From Octopus sinensis (lineage: Eukaryota): a stretch of DNA of 64,000 nt. Of this stretch, positions 1 to 13,363 are shown in pieces. Where the stretch lies: assembly GCF_006345805.1 (NCBI RefSeq), contig NC_043019.1, forward strand, positions 29,759,360 through 29,823,359, given 5' to 3'. The translations under genes and the position numbers were made by a program. The stretch's first letter is position 1, and every line of letters begins with the position of its first letter. Under the pieces are notes generated by a model. It was not told the DNA's origin and did no database searches. It saw only the letters and a list, made by a program, of their open reading frames with translations.

Positions 1-2355
1 ATATATATATATATATATATTGGTAAAATGAATGGTCTACAATAGTCTTTCCTCAATATTTAAGTCAGCATCCAAATTTTATTTTATTATATATATAGTG
101 ACGTTTGTTAAGCATGCATGCACAGACACACAAAAATGTATCCAGTACAAGATATTTCTTTTCAATATATTTTATACCAACTGTGAGACGTCTGAATCAC
201 TTCAGATCTTTGTGTAAATTCATTTCATGTATTTAATGAAGTAATTAACCAGCTTTATTTCCACACCTCTGATTACCTTGGAGGCGCTGGTACATCTTCT
301 ATTATAGGTGCTAGAACAAACAAGACACACAGTTAACATGATAGAAAAAGAAGCACACTGCTCTGCTCTTTAAGTGTTGTTAACAGCGACTGGCAGGAAA
401 TGCTGACCACCCCTACTACTACTACTACCAATGATCATATCTCATTGTGGGCTTACTACTACTACTACTACCAATGAGCATATCTCAATGTTGGCTTACT
501 ACTACTACTACTACCACCTACATACATACATACCTGGTGCCTGCTTCTCAGTGTGGACACAGGTGTCTTTGGAATCAGCTAAATACTGTTGCTTCTGGAC
601 TAGGTTAACTAGAAGTAAGGTATATTGAGAGTGTACTCTGTCTTATTGGTCGGTCGTCAGTTAATGAAATAAATGCATTTAAAAGGAAAAAAAAATAATA
701 AATGGAAAGGTAAAAAATCCTGAAATCTGAACATTGTGAATTGGTAGTTACAACATTCATGGTTCTATAAAACCTCAATGTCCGAAGAGTATGGACATTG
801 TTTTCTCACCAAACAGACTTAATGAATGAAAGCTTTTTTAATCAAAAGCTTCACCTAAATTACTTACCAAGAGAAACTCAGTTTTTATACCGTCATCAAT
901 ACGTTTAGGTATCATTCTATATAAAATTAATAAATCAAAATTATATATATATATATAATTGGATGATGTTTCTAAAAGTCAACTGAACAAACCAATTATC
1001 TCCCCTTATTTTTGTTCGTGAATTGAAAACTATTTGTGACAGACTGAAAAGAATCATTTCTTGTTTGTAATTTGGATACTGTTTGTAAAAGACGTTTAAA
1101 TAAACCAAGCATTTCCCATTATTCATGGTTGTTGAAACAAAAAAAAAAAAGAGAGAGAGAGAAAATTATCATTTCCCTTCATTTTTGTCTGTAAAAGACA
1201 CCCAAACAATTATTTTTGCTTGTAAAAAGCGCCTACACACACACATGAATTACTTCCCCATTATTTTCTTTGTAACTTTGTATGCCCCACCAAATCCAGT
1301 TATCCAATAAACTAATTATTGTCTCTGTATATCTGTTTGTACCTTCTTTTTGTGTATGTGTCTATGTGAATTCACTTATTTTTGTTCTGACAATAAAATG
1401 AAATTAACAAACAATTTGTTATTGGTGTCATTTTTCTAAAACTTTATGTCCACCACCACCATCATCATTATCGTTTAATGTCTGCCTTCCATGCTGGCAT
1501 GGGTTGGATGGTTTGACAGGAGCCGGTTAAGCAGGAACCTGCACCAGACTTCTGTGTCTGTTTTGGCAGGGGTTTTTACAGCTGGATGCCCTTCCTAGCA
1601 CCAACCACCCTGCACAGTGGACTGAGTGCTTTTTACATGGCACAAGGTCAGTTTTTGGTATGGTTTTTATAGCTGGATGCCCTTCCAAATGCCAACCATT
1701 TTACAGTGTGGAACAATTGCTTTTTATGTGGCATCAGCTACTGGCAGGGTCACCAAGTAATTGGAAGACGAAGTTTCTTTTAGAGGGGAGGGGGCATTGA
1801 AGGAGGTTCAAAAATAATCAGTCGGAGAGAGAGATCGAGATGAGGAAAGGAACAGGTGTGTTGTTATAAAGGAGCTACATGGTTACCCAACCTGAAGGAA
1901 GAGCTGGAGCGAGAGAAAGAGAGTGGGAGACAGCAAGAGAGAGATGATAGCAAAGTGCCAGGCGTATTCACAAAGGATGGGGATCAGAATATAAATGGGA
2001 TGGTTGAGTAAAAGAACAGAGAGAGATATGGTGACAAGTGTCAGGACATGCCCTTGAGGTTCAAAGGTCATTGCCAAAGAAATATGAATAGAGAGGGGAG
2101 AAGAGGTAATACAGTGAGTGGTGAACACCTGGGTATATAGAGGGGGTGGGGAGACAGGTAATCATAATGCATGAAGATGTGAGGAAGAGACGAGATGTAG
2201 TTTGGTTTGTTGGAGTAGGGTGTGTGAAAAGTTTTCTAATTACATGTGCGTGAAATACATATTACAGAAATTTAGTGGAACGTAAGTTTACATAAGATTG
2301 TGTAGAGGATCAAGTTTGATGGAAGAGTAAGGCACCGGATGTATATGAATATATA

Positions 2356-3066
2356 TATTTCTTTATTGCCCACAGGGAGCTAAACATAGTGGGGACAAAC
2401 AAGGACAGACAAAGGGATTAAGTCAATTACATCAACTCCAGTGCATAGCTGGTACTTATTTAATTGACCCCGAAAAGATGAAAGGCTAAGTTGACCTCGG
2501 TAAAATTTGAACTCAGAACGTAGCGGCAGACAAAATACCTATTTCTTTACTACCCACAAGGGGCTAAACACAGAGAGGACAAACAGATTAAGTCAATTAT
2601 ATCAACCCCAGTGCGTAACTGGTACTTATTTAATCGACCCCGAAAGGATGAAAGGCAAAGTCAACCTCGGCGGAATTTGAACTCAGAACGTAGCGACGGA
2701 TGAAATACCGCTAAGTATTTCGCCTGGCATGCTAACGTTTCTGCCAGCTCGCCACCTTCAAAACGTATACGAATATAACCAGATATATATGAATATATAT
2801 ATATTTCTTTATTGCCCACAGGGAGCTAAACATAGTGGGGACAGACAAAGGGATTAAGTCAATTACATCAACTCCAGTGCATAGCTGGTACTTATTTAAT
2901 CGACCCCGAAAGGATAAAAGGCTATGTCGACCTCAGCAAAACTTGAACTCAGAACGTAGCAGCAGACAAAATACCTATTTCTTTACTACCCTCAAGGGTT
3001 AAACACAGAGAGGACAAACAGATTAAGTCAATTATATCGACCCCAGTGCATAACTGGTACTTATTT
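2356..3066 (-). mobile_element. Tandem cluster of a tRNA-derived SINE (core GCCTTTCATCCTTTCGGGGTCGAT)
   Basis: Four partial units with B-box-like GAGTTCAAATTCC. Same family at 8211-8720, 25870-26290, 39040-39255, 42060-42292 and 56475-56680. Confidence 0.8.
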
Positions 3067-3995
3067 CAGTTATGCAAGAACGAAACTGTATATATATAGC
3101 GAGAAGTTGAGGTTATAAGAGATAATGGTGTCATTGAGACCCAAATGTGTCAGGTAATGCTGAATAAGTGCTATAGACAGATCATAGTTTAAATACAAAC
3201 CTTGACTCTGCTACACTCTATATAAATTCCCTACTGGGAATGACCAAGTTTAAGAGAATCTTACATTGCTTATAAACTCTATATTTGGATGGACTCATAT
3301 TAAACTCTGTTGGACTTTTGGATTTTACTCAAAGGATATTTGAATATTGCATATATACCATTATGCCTATAAAATGGATTTACAAATTCAATACCCATAC
3401 ATATCTTACATCTATTTTCTTTCCTCCACTTCACTCTCTATTTGTATCACATTGAAACTAACTATAACTTAATTTTTCCTCTCACACCGACTCTGATGAA
3501 GGGTTATTATTAATTAATATCCTAGAAACAGTTGTAAGACCTTCTATCTATAAATGCTCTAATATCTATACAGCCTTGGTTTTTTTAATTTTATTATGCA
3601 AAAGATTCTTATATATAGTTCAAATTTACAGAAAAACAAAAGACAAAGACAGGTGAGGGAACAACAAGCAGGTATATTAATTTGATGCTCGGAAAGAATG
3701 GAAAAGCCTTTGGCATTTCGAGCCTACACTCTTCAACAGAAAGGATTGAGAGGGAAAAAACCGAGAGAACGAAAAAAATGTGTAGGTATTGTGTGTGTGT
3801 GTGTATATATATATATATACACTAGGGCTTGCAAAAAACCGATAATTCCCAAAACTGAGTTTAAGTATAAATGATTCTCAAAACCAGTTTTCACGGGTAC
3901 TACTTAAGAAGAGTGGTCCCAGTGCGTGCACTCGCGCAAGCTAGTCGATCCTTACTTTGTGCTTTTGTGTTTTATTTACTTTGTGTAAAAAAACT

Positions 3996-5051
3996 GGATC
4001 TTTTCGGTTTGAACGGCAGTTTTTAACATAATTTCTAGGTAACTAAAAAATTTTAAACTTCGTATACTGGTAGAATGTGTTCATAAAACATCTTTTTCTC
4101 TTGGCTTTATTGAGAAAATTCGATAGTTTGTAAGATATTTGTTGCTTTTTGTTTCTTCAATTTCTGCAATTTCAACCAATCACTGACGTGTATTGAGGTA
4201 AACAACATTCTGTGCCGTATGAATATGTCCCTCGTTTAAGAAACAGATTGGGTTTATTGGCATAGTTTCGGTTGTAGTAGCACAGATTTCCGTCGATTTC
4301 CGTCGATTTCCGTAAAAAACTTTTATTTTTTTACATAAGTAATGAGAGCGAAAGAGACTAAGAGGAAGCGATTTTATGACGAGAAGGTTTCTCTTTGAAG
4401 TCGGCCTGTGTGTGTTTGATGGGGTGTGGGAGACAGACAGTATGTTGTGTAAGTGAAGTGCTTCTGTTAGTGTGTGCGAAGAGACAGACATACATATACA
4501 CATACACCGAGTAAAAAATTACGATGAATCGGCCATACATACATACATACATACATACACACACACACATACATAGATACATACACACACACATACATGC
4601 ATACATACATATACACATACACCGAGTAAAAAATCAGTTATCTCTCTCTTTCACACATTACTCTCTCTGTCTCTTCGCACACACTAACAGAAGCACTTCA
4701 CTTACACAACATACTGTCTGTCTCCCACACCCCATCAAACACACACAGGCCGACTTCAAAGAGAAACCTTCTCGTCATAAAATCGCTTCCTCTTAGTCTC
4801 TTTCGCTCTCATTACTTATGTAAAAAAATAAAAGTTTTTTACGGAAATCGACGGAAATCTGAGCTACGACATGCGAAACTTCGCCGGTTTATTTACATTT
4901 GTGAAGAAAAAAAAAGATACCCTTCCCCCCACCCCTAACCCTAATCCTAAAAGAGATTGAAATGCAATAGATCGATACTAGGGTCATAATTATGGGTGAC
5001 AATTTCATATGACACCGCTAGAAAAAACTGCCGTTCAAACCGAAAAGATCC
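3996..5051. mobile_element. Non-autonomous TIR element (MULE-like) nested in the hAT element
   Basis: TIRs GGATCTTTTCGGTTTGAACGGCAGTTTTT / AAAAACTGCCGTTCAAACCGAAAAGATCC. The 9-mer ACTTTGTGT occurs at 3978-3986 and 5052-5060. Confidence 0.75.
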
Positions 5052-5074
5052 ACTTTGTGTTTTATTTACCTTAG

Positions 5075-5760
5075 TCACGACTTCATTGCGCTTGTGTATT
5101 CACGAATGAGTCGATTACCTTCATAAGAAGATGGGACAACAGTAACACTTGTTTTTAGGTTCCCTCCTATTTCATTTTCTTTGTATAATTCTGTTGTGTT
5201 CTCAGCATCATGTTCAAGAAATAATCTCCTATATGTTTGTTTAGCATACTTCCTTAAATGTTGTTTCGTTAAAAAATAGAAAAGGTCCAGAAATTGACTC
5301 ACCTTTAAATTTCCTTGGGTTATGTAAATACCTCAAGAGAGTCAAGGTTTCGACATTTCTTCTCTTATTATATCTATGCATAAGTCTTTCACGAAGATTT
5401 AGAGCCAAAGGGTTGCCGACGATATTAAGTTTATTCAATAAAAATTCTATAGAATATTCCGCTTTCAGTAAACCCTTATCATCAGCGCAAATAGCCTTCA
5501 AAATAATTTCTACTGAATGCAGAATTTCATATAGTAAATTGAGAGATTTCCATTCTTCGTTAGCGACGGCATCTGTGGAAAGTTCTGCTCGTAGAGCATT
5601 TGGAATGCAGCTTTTCAATTTCAAAAATCTCTCAATCATATGGAATGTGCTATTCCACCGAGTTCTGCAATCCAGTATAAGTTTATATTATCAAAGTTCG
5701 CTCGTACAAAATCTTACAAAATTTCATTTTTTGTAGGAGATTTACGGAAAAGTTTTGAAA
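5075..5760 (-). pseudogene. hAT transposase fragment (disrupted)
   Basis: KLFRKSPTKNEIL*...LILDCRTRWNSTFHMIERF motif, split between ORFs 5241-5639 and 5075-5302. Confidence 0.8.
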
Positions 5761-6654
5761 TTTTTCTTACCTTATTTAAAACTTTGCTAAATTCAGGTTT
5801 TAGCTGGGGGGAAACAAGCATTTTTGTGAGCCAAATCTGTTTGACAAAGTATGTCTTGTTGGCTTATGTCAGCTTCATCATTACTATCGTCTGTTATGGC
5901 GATCGCTGTCGTCTGTTATAGCGATCTCTTCACTTTTTTTATCAAAAAATTTAGTGTTATTCCTTGAAATGAATCTAGAACTGGTTTTCATTTAGTCCAG
6001 TTTCAACGATATTTCTTCAAAAGAAAAAAAATGGAGAAATGTTTTGCGAAAAAGAAAAAGAAAAAAAAAACAGCAAGCCTTAAAATCGGTTTTGGCAAAT
6101 CCGTTTCGGTTTTACTGATCATAATATAAAACCGGTTTCGAGGCCTAATACACACACACACACATTTATATGTGTGTGTGTGTGTGTACTCTACTGATTT
6201 CTAAGAAAGGCACAAAGCCAGACATTTTGGGTTTGAAGCCCAGTTCTCCCTATTTTTTATCAACACAGGAAAAATGAAAAGTAAAATCAACACTGGCAGA
6301 CTTTGAATTCAATGTAAAGGGAACACAAATACAAGTTTAAGTAATCTAGATATACAACATGACTAAAAGTAGGGCCCTTTGAATGCAGAAAGTGGATATA
6401 AGAACGGCTGTGTGGTAAGCAGTTTGCTTTCCTGTTCTGAGTTCGTTCCAACTGCATGGCATCCTTGGGCAAGAACAGTCTTCTACTATGGCCTGAGGCT
6501 GACTAAAGCCATGTGAGTGGTTCTGGAAGACAGAAGCTGAAAGATATCCATTGTATATATATGAGGGGATACTGAAAAGTTCCTGGCTTTGAGTAAAATA
6601 AAATACAGGAAGATTTGTTGATTATCATTTTATTCAACATATTCCTCTTTCAGT

Positions 6655-7080
6655 GTGGCAGCTGACTTGACAGACACCCATAAAATTATTAACCATCTTA
6701 TTAACAATAACTCTGAGCACCTTTTCAAACTCCACCTGTCTAACACCCGTGGACATATTTACCAAGTCAGAAAACAGCACAGCTCCCATGACTTTCGGAA
6801 ACATTTTTTCACGCTGAGAGTTGCTGAAGCATGGAACAAACTGCCGGCATCAATTGTTAGTTGTCGGAGCACTGCATCCTTCAAAACTTCCATGCTTTCT
6901 GAGAGTCGCCAACACTACACCTGATTTTCTCCCCTCCATACACACGCAAGCATGTATCTGTCTCGTACACTGTTCGTTTTCCAGACATTTGTACATTACT
7001 GCATATACTTTATACGCACTTTCTGACAAGTTGTGGTGCACCTGAGCACTGTATACAATAATTTCATTATTATTATTATA
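6655..7080 (+). mobile_element. 5'-truncated CR1-type LINE 3' end
   Basis: ORF with NTRGH...RKHFFTLRVAEAWNKLP...FK motif followed by an (ATT)n tail. Confidence 0.8.
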
Positions 7081-7315
7081 TTGAAAAAGTATTGCAGAAG
7101 TAGAAAATATCAATTCTGTATAAAGGTAGGGTGGTCACAACTGGACGGCTTTTGGTATTGGTTCTGCTTATAGTGAGTTGAACAACAAGAAGCTAGAAAC
7201 ATAACATAACAGACGTGATATAAAAAAGATCTGATGTGGGCGAACTAAAGATTGAAAATGATGGATTTTATTTTGATATTTTTTATTCTTAATATACCTA
7301 GAATATTATCTAACG

Positions 7316-7737
7316 GGCGATCTTTCGTCTCTAGTAGACCTTTCCGTCGATTTCCGTAAAAATTTTTTTTTTTTACATATGGGCTTGCGGGAACTTTTGA
7401 AGTAATATACATACATATACACATACACCGAGTAAAAAATTTCAGTTATCTCTTTCTTTCACACATTACTCTCTCTGTCTCTTCACACACACTAACAGAA
7501 GCACTTCACTTACACAACATACTGTCTGTCTCCCACACCCCATCAAACACACACACACACATGTACATCAATGCTCCCATGCACGGTAACTTCAAAAGAA
7601 CTTCCCTCCTCATACAATCGCTTTCTCGTAGTCTCTTTCGCTCTCATTACTTCAAAAGTTCCCGCAAGCCCATACGTAAAAAAAAAATTTCTTTTACGGA
7701 AATCGACGGAAAGGTCTACTAGAGACGAAAGATCGCC
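7316..7737. mobile_element. MITE with about 90-bp TIRs, related to the 3996-5051 element
   Basis: TIR GGCGATCTTTCGTCTCTAGTAGACC..., exact 8-bp TSD ATCTAACG, shares internal sequence with 4620-4860. Confidence 0.85.
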
Positions 7738-8210
7738 ATCTAACGTATCTTTCTTCTTTATGAATGTTGGATTCGATTAAGATTTGAGGTCTGCTATCAA
7801 GTCGACAAGTTATGTAGAGGCTCCTTGTAATATGCCTGACAAAAATATACATCGTCATCGGGTTTATCACTTGAGTAAAATGTACAAGCTGCGAATTGCA
7901 CGTAAAGAGGGATAACTCTGCGTTACTGCATTTATCGATGGAAATATTGACGTTGAAGATAATGGTAGTCCTATAAATTTAGAAGAAAATATATATTATT
8001 CACACGTTGAAGCTCACAAATTGCCAATTCATATCTTTCTCATTAATAGTTGTAAAATTATGCAAAATGGTTGAACAGGGTGCAGCTGTGACATTGTGGG
8101 CTTGGGTTCAGTCCCACTGCATGGCACCTTGGACAAGTGTCTTCTGCTATCGCCCTGAGGCAACCAAAGCCTCGCACATTGATTTGGTAGGCAGAAACTG
8201 TGTGTCTTTA

Positions 8211-8720
8211 AGGCGGCGAGCTGGCAGAAATGTTAGCACGCCGGGCGAAATGCTTTTCGGTATTTCATCTGCCACTATGTTGAGTTCAAATTCCGCCGAG
8301 GTCGACTTTGCCTTTCATCCTTTCAGGGTCGATAAATTAAGTACCAGTTACTCACTGGGGTCGATATAATCGACTTAATGTCCTTGTTTGTCTCCTCTGT
8401 GTTTAGCCCCTTGTGGGTAGTAAAGAAATAGGTATTTCGTCTGCCGCTACGTTCTGAGTTCAAATTCCGCCAAGGTCGACTTTGCATTTCATCCTTTCGG
8501 GGTCGATAAATTAAGTACCAGTTACACACTGGGTCGATGTAATCGACTTAATCCCTTTGTCTGTCCTTGTTTGTCCCCTCTGTGTGTAGCCCCTTGTAGG
8601 CAGTAAAGAAATAGGTATTTCATCTGTCTTTACATTCTGAGTTCAACTTTGCCTTTCATCCTTTCAGGGTTGATAAATTGAGTACCAGTTAAACACTGGA
8701 CTGATGTAATTGACTAGGCC
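8211..8720 (+). mobile_element. Full-length tRNA-derived SINE followed by tandem truncated units
   Basis: AGGCGGCGAGCTGGCAGAA head, B box and core, repeated head-to-tail. Confidence 0.8.
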
Positions 8721-8805
8721 CCTTCCCCGAAATTTCAGGCCTTGTACCTTTAGTAAAAAGGTTATTACTACTGACACTCTTATTGGTTTGTTCAGATAGA
8801 CATGA

Positions 8806-9090
8806 ATGCCTTATGATATCCATCTATTGATCAAGCCATCATTCTCCATCCATTCATCAATCAAGCCATCTTCTCCACCCACTATTCCTGAGAAAGTCAT
8901 GGGGGTAGAATCCTCAGGCACCTTCCCCCATAGGGTTCTGTCAGAAGCAACCAGCATTACACTTTCTGGCTGGATTCCTAAGCATGACCAACTGAAATTA
9001 TGGATATTATCCAACCATTTTGTTCTTGGTCTTCCTCCTATTGGCTCAGCTTGAAGAATCTGTCTTGTGGTTCTTCCTTGCAACATTCTA
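8806..9090 (-). mobile_element. Decayed RTE-like LINE C-terminal fragment
   Basis: GGRPRTKWLDNI motif, related copy at 34062-34420. Confidence 0.55.
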
Positions 9091-12000
9091 ATTACATATC
9101 CACGGTGAGACGATGGATATTAACCAACCATCCCATTCTCAATTTACTCCACGGTCTCTTCCCTGCAACATCCTAATCACACGTTCATAGTACCAAAACT
9201 GTGACTTCTCAATGCAAAGAAATAGTAACTAGACCTGGAGAAATTTCCTGATCTCTGAGTTATGCACCCTGTTCAGTAACATTACTCCAGTTTTTATGTT
9301 ACAATACTGACCGGTCCTAAATGGATGAGTGTAAGGTCAATTGGCTTTATGACATAAAAACTGCAAATGTCAATGTTTAGTATGTAGTAGAATGATGATG
9401 TGGAATGAATATAAAATGAAATAAGTCTCTCAGGATGAAAACACTCATAGCAGTCAGAGCATACACTGAGTTAAACCTTGCTTAAAGTATTCTCTTCCTG
9501 GAAGATCCAGCTGGGTTGACAGCTCAAGCTTGTTGACCACATACCACATGGTCATAGCAGATGAGGAGGTATCTTGTGGAGATGGGGATTGACTGGGACT
9601 CTACTTGACTAATCACCCACGAGAACCCGGGAATATTCCGAATAATGGTGAATGCAGCAACATGCTGCAATGGTACATACTCCTACATCTGACCTGACCT
9701 ATCAGAATGATATTCGTTTGGAAGCAGCTACTAAGGAGGAATTGAGCCTGAAGATCAAGATTACAGTGTGTTGATCAAGAGAATTATTTCTCTTCTTAAC
9801 AACTCTACTCACTTCACTAGGTCAGGCCTGGTTTAGTTCTGCTCACCACTGAGGCAGCAGCCTGTTCTTGCTCCTATGCTGTCTATGTATGACTAGCATG
9901 GAATTTTGTCAGTGAACAGGTCGCGGTCTCAAAGCAATGAAAATATTTTGACAAATTAAATTTAAATGTTGAAGTGAATCTAATGGTTTTTATGTATTTC
10001 TTAAATGGCTTATAAACACCTTCCACACAACAATTCATTCCAAAAGAAGATATTTCCCCAGATTAGTATATGATCCTGAAAATATAGTGCTTTTAGCTCT
10101 CTTATAACAAAGGACTGGCGATATTTCATGGCTGATAATGTCATGAAACCTGAAAAGAAAAGCATTGGGGTAGACCAATCAGAGAGGGATAGTTTGTTCC
10201 TGTTGGATTAAGTAGGCTTAACGCTGGCACTCCCTGGACCTTGAGTGTCTTTAGTATAGATCACCTTGCTGCAGGTATTTAAGCCAGATTTGAAGATAAC
10301 TTATTCCCATCTCCCTATTAGTATCAAAGAACCCAACCAAAAGTTTGTGAACACTTCGCTTTCTTCTTTGACTAAAACATTGGAATAAAATAGCCCTTTG
10401 TTAGGAAGAGAACAATAAAATGCTTTACTGTAAATGTTGTGAGCTTCATCGCTGCATGGTATATGAATTTATCAAAATTAACTAAAAATGAAAGGGCTTT
10501 AGCAGAATACTTCATATCAAATTACATAAAATATAATTAAAAATAACAAATATGAAATTAAACATTTAGAAAGATGCTTTTAATTATTATCGTTATTATT
10601 TTTTGATAAAGCTAAAGCAATGCAAGTTAATAATGTAGGTTGGTGGTTAGTATTTTTACTGTATATTTCAAAATTTCAGTGCAATGACCCTGTGAAATAT
10701 TGAAATATAAGGTAAATGAACTTAATCACTGACCTGCACTGTTTTGGCTTTAAAAAAAACAAAACAAAAAACATTTATATATATCAGACAATGCTTCACA
10801 CAATCTACACTGTTTAGAAAGACGTTCAAATAACAAACCAAACACACAGGACAAATCTATGCGGTTGCTCAGTCTGTACAAAAGATATAGCAATGAAATT
10901 TCCCTCAAATCATACCATACAACAGTGGTTCCAAACCATTTTATCAAAAGGAAATTTTTCACCAACACAGGCTTTTGAAAGATGTGTCTACTCGGAAAGC
11001 AAATTTAGTAACTAACAACAAACTAGTTTTCTCAATGGAAACACACATGTAACTGAGTAATTATACATTTTAGACTGCAACCTTTTAACATCATGGGTCC
11101 CACCAGTAATACCATCCTGGATCCTAGGCTAGGAACCACTGGCCTACAGTACTAAAAGTGAAAGGACATATTGGATAATATCACTATCACTGTATTGACC
11201 AGACTATCAGATGTGGTTATACACCACTGGTCACAATGTGCTTCCTTGCATTGTTGCAGCATTCGAGTAATGTTACCCCACTGGCAAGGTGGGCAGGCCA
11301 TTATTTCCACTGAGCAGGACATCAGTCCATCGCAGGGATACCAATTTACAGCTGAGTGGAATGGAATAACATGAAATGAAGTGTTTTGCTAAAGACCATA
11401 ACACACCACTGATCTAGGAATCAAAACTATGATCTTTGTCATGGCAAGTGCAACATCCTAACCACAAGACCATGGCTGGAACATCTCTGATCATAGTTCA
11501 GCTTAATCAAAGCTGATCAGAGAGAGATCGACAACAGACATGGAGGCGCAATGGCCCAGTGGTTAGGGCAGCGGACTCGCGGTCGTAAGAACGTGGTTTT
11601 GATTCCCAGACCAGGCATTGTGAGTGTTTATTGAGCAAAAACACCTAAGCTCCATGAGGCTCCGGTGGGGGATGGTGGTGAACCCCACTGTACTCTTTCA
11701 CCACAACTTTCTCTCGCTCTTTCTTCCTACTTCTGCCACAAAGCAGAGGAACCATGATGTAACCCACTATGGGGTGGTAAACTTTCAGACCCTAGTCTAG
11801 AGTGTGAATCCTCTGTACCCCAGGATGGTTCAGCTCTCCACCCGTTAAAAGCCACCATTTATGGAATGAGGATAACAACATAGCTTTTGCATCCGTGCAA
11901 CAGCCAGTTTATCGCGTGTAGTGGGTGGATCTTCAAGTTGCCACACGCATTCTTAGTAGCTTAGAGTAGGCTTGAATTAGAGATTATTCTTTGTGGCTAA

Positions 12001-13363
12001 TGGCGTGAGTCCTGATTGGAAGAAGAAGAAGAAAACAACAGACAGGATAATTGCTGAAAACGAATTATCTAATAACATCCAGCATACAATTTTTAATAAA
12101 ATTATACTTTACCTTAAGGGTTCTCAACAATTCTTATCTATCAAACTCCTTTGATTACTATTTCATCCAGGTGGATTCCCATAGCTATTTTATGTATAAA
12201 AACTAGTTTTATAGAAATTTCTTTCAAAATTCCTATTTTGTTTTCCGTGTATTAACTTGTGTAGGTTAAACCATGCAAAATATTAGAGAAAGAAATCTAG
12301 CTGTTTCTTGCAATGCATACCAATGTGTACATCTGAAGCAAAGTTTTTTCAGGGGGACCCTTAAAATACTAGTGTGGATCCCCAATTCACCATTTTGTTG
12401 TGTGGATCCTGGTTGAGAACCACTGCTTTAACTCTTTAGCCAAAATAGTCATTCTAAAAATATGCACCTTGAAGCTACAAAATAATGCATGATTAATTCA
12501 GAACAATGTAAATAAACGCTAACGGGTTCAGATAAAAATTAAATTGTTGATTCATTTACAGAAAACTTGAAGAAAATGAATTTAAAAAAATAACACAAAA
12601 CATTACACCAAATGCACTGGTTTATTGCTTCCATTGACACTTTCATCCAGTCTTCTAGATTACCATTTTTGCAGCACTTATTAATTACCAGCATGTGATG
12701 ATTCCGGAAGGAATTTGTAGTTCAAAGTTACAGAAATTATGAATTTCTTTATGGTGAGTTTAAAAAAAAAATAGGGAAATAAAACCAACAACATAAAACA
12801 CCCCTAACTTTCTCTAGAAAATACCAATATAGTAGAAACTATATTGATATTATTAAATATGTATAATGATCATGGAATATATCGAGTTAAACATAAACAT
12901 TATATATATATATATATATACACATACATACATATATATGTATACATATATGAATGTATACATACCTATATATATATATGTGTTTACATACATATATGTA
13001 TACATAAATATGTATATACATACACATATATATATATATACATACGCACACGTCTATATATCTTTGTCCTTTGTGAGCAATTTCAAAAGGATATATTTAC
13101 AATATCATGATTTTCACACCAGTAAATCCAGATCAGCACAAACAGCAGCATTCATGGACTTTGGACTGATTGGCATGGATGGCTACTATGTGACAATAGA
13201 GATATATTTAATCCTAATCAATGTATGGAAATACAATATTAAGAATATCTGATATGATATAATATCCTTCATATTAGTGCCATCATCTCAAAAATGGGAA
13301 CATGGTTTGACACATTAGTCAGTCACTGCAGAAAGATATCCAGAGGTCTTTAGTTGATATGCT

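Larger units (their letters stand above)
3823..6147 (-). mobile_element. Decayed hAT-superfamily DNA transposon
   Basis: 8-bp TSD ATACACAC on both sides (3815-3822, 6148-6155), imperfect TAGGG/TAGGC TIRs, transposase remnant LDCRTRWNSTFHMIERFLKLK with stops and a frameshift. Confidence 0.85.

Noticed and set aside
7090-7995. Coding-like sequence flanking the 7316-7737 MITE
   Set aside because: There are multiple stops in all frames I tried and no motif I can name. It may be an old element but cannot be supported.
11544-11620. tRNA-like sequence (A and B boxes) as a tRNA gene
   Set aside because: It has no complete acceptor stem and continues into a repeat body seen in several other copies, so it is a SINE head.
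12844-13252. Y/I/T/H-rich ORFs, like many others in the ORF track
   Set aside because: They are translations of (AT)n/(AC)n microsatellites.
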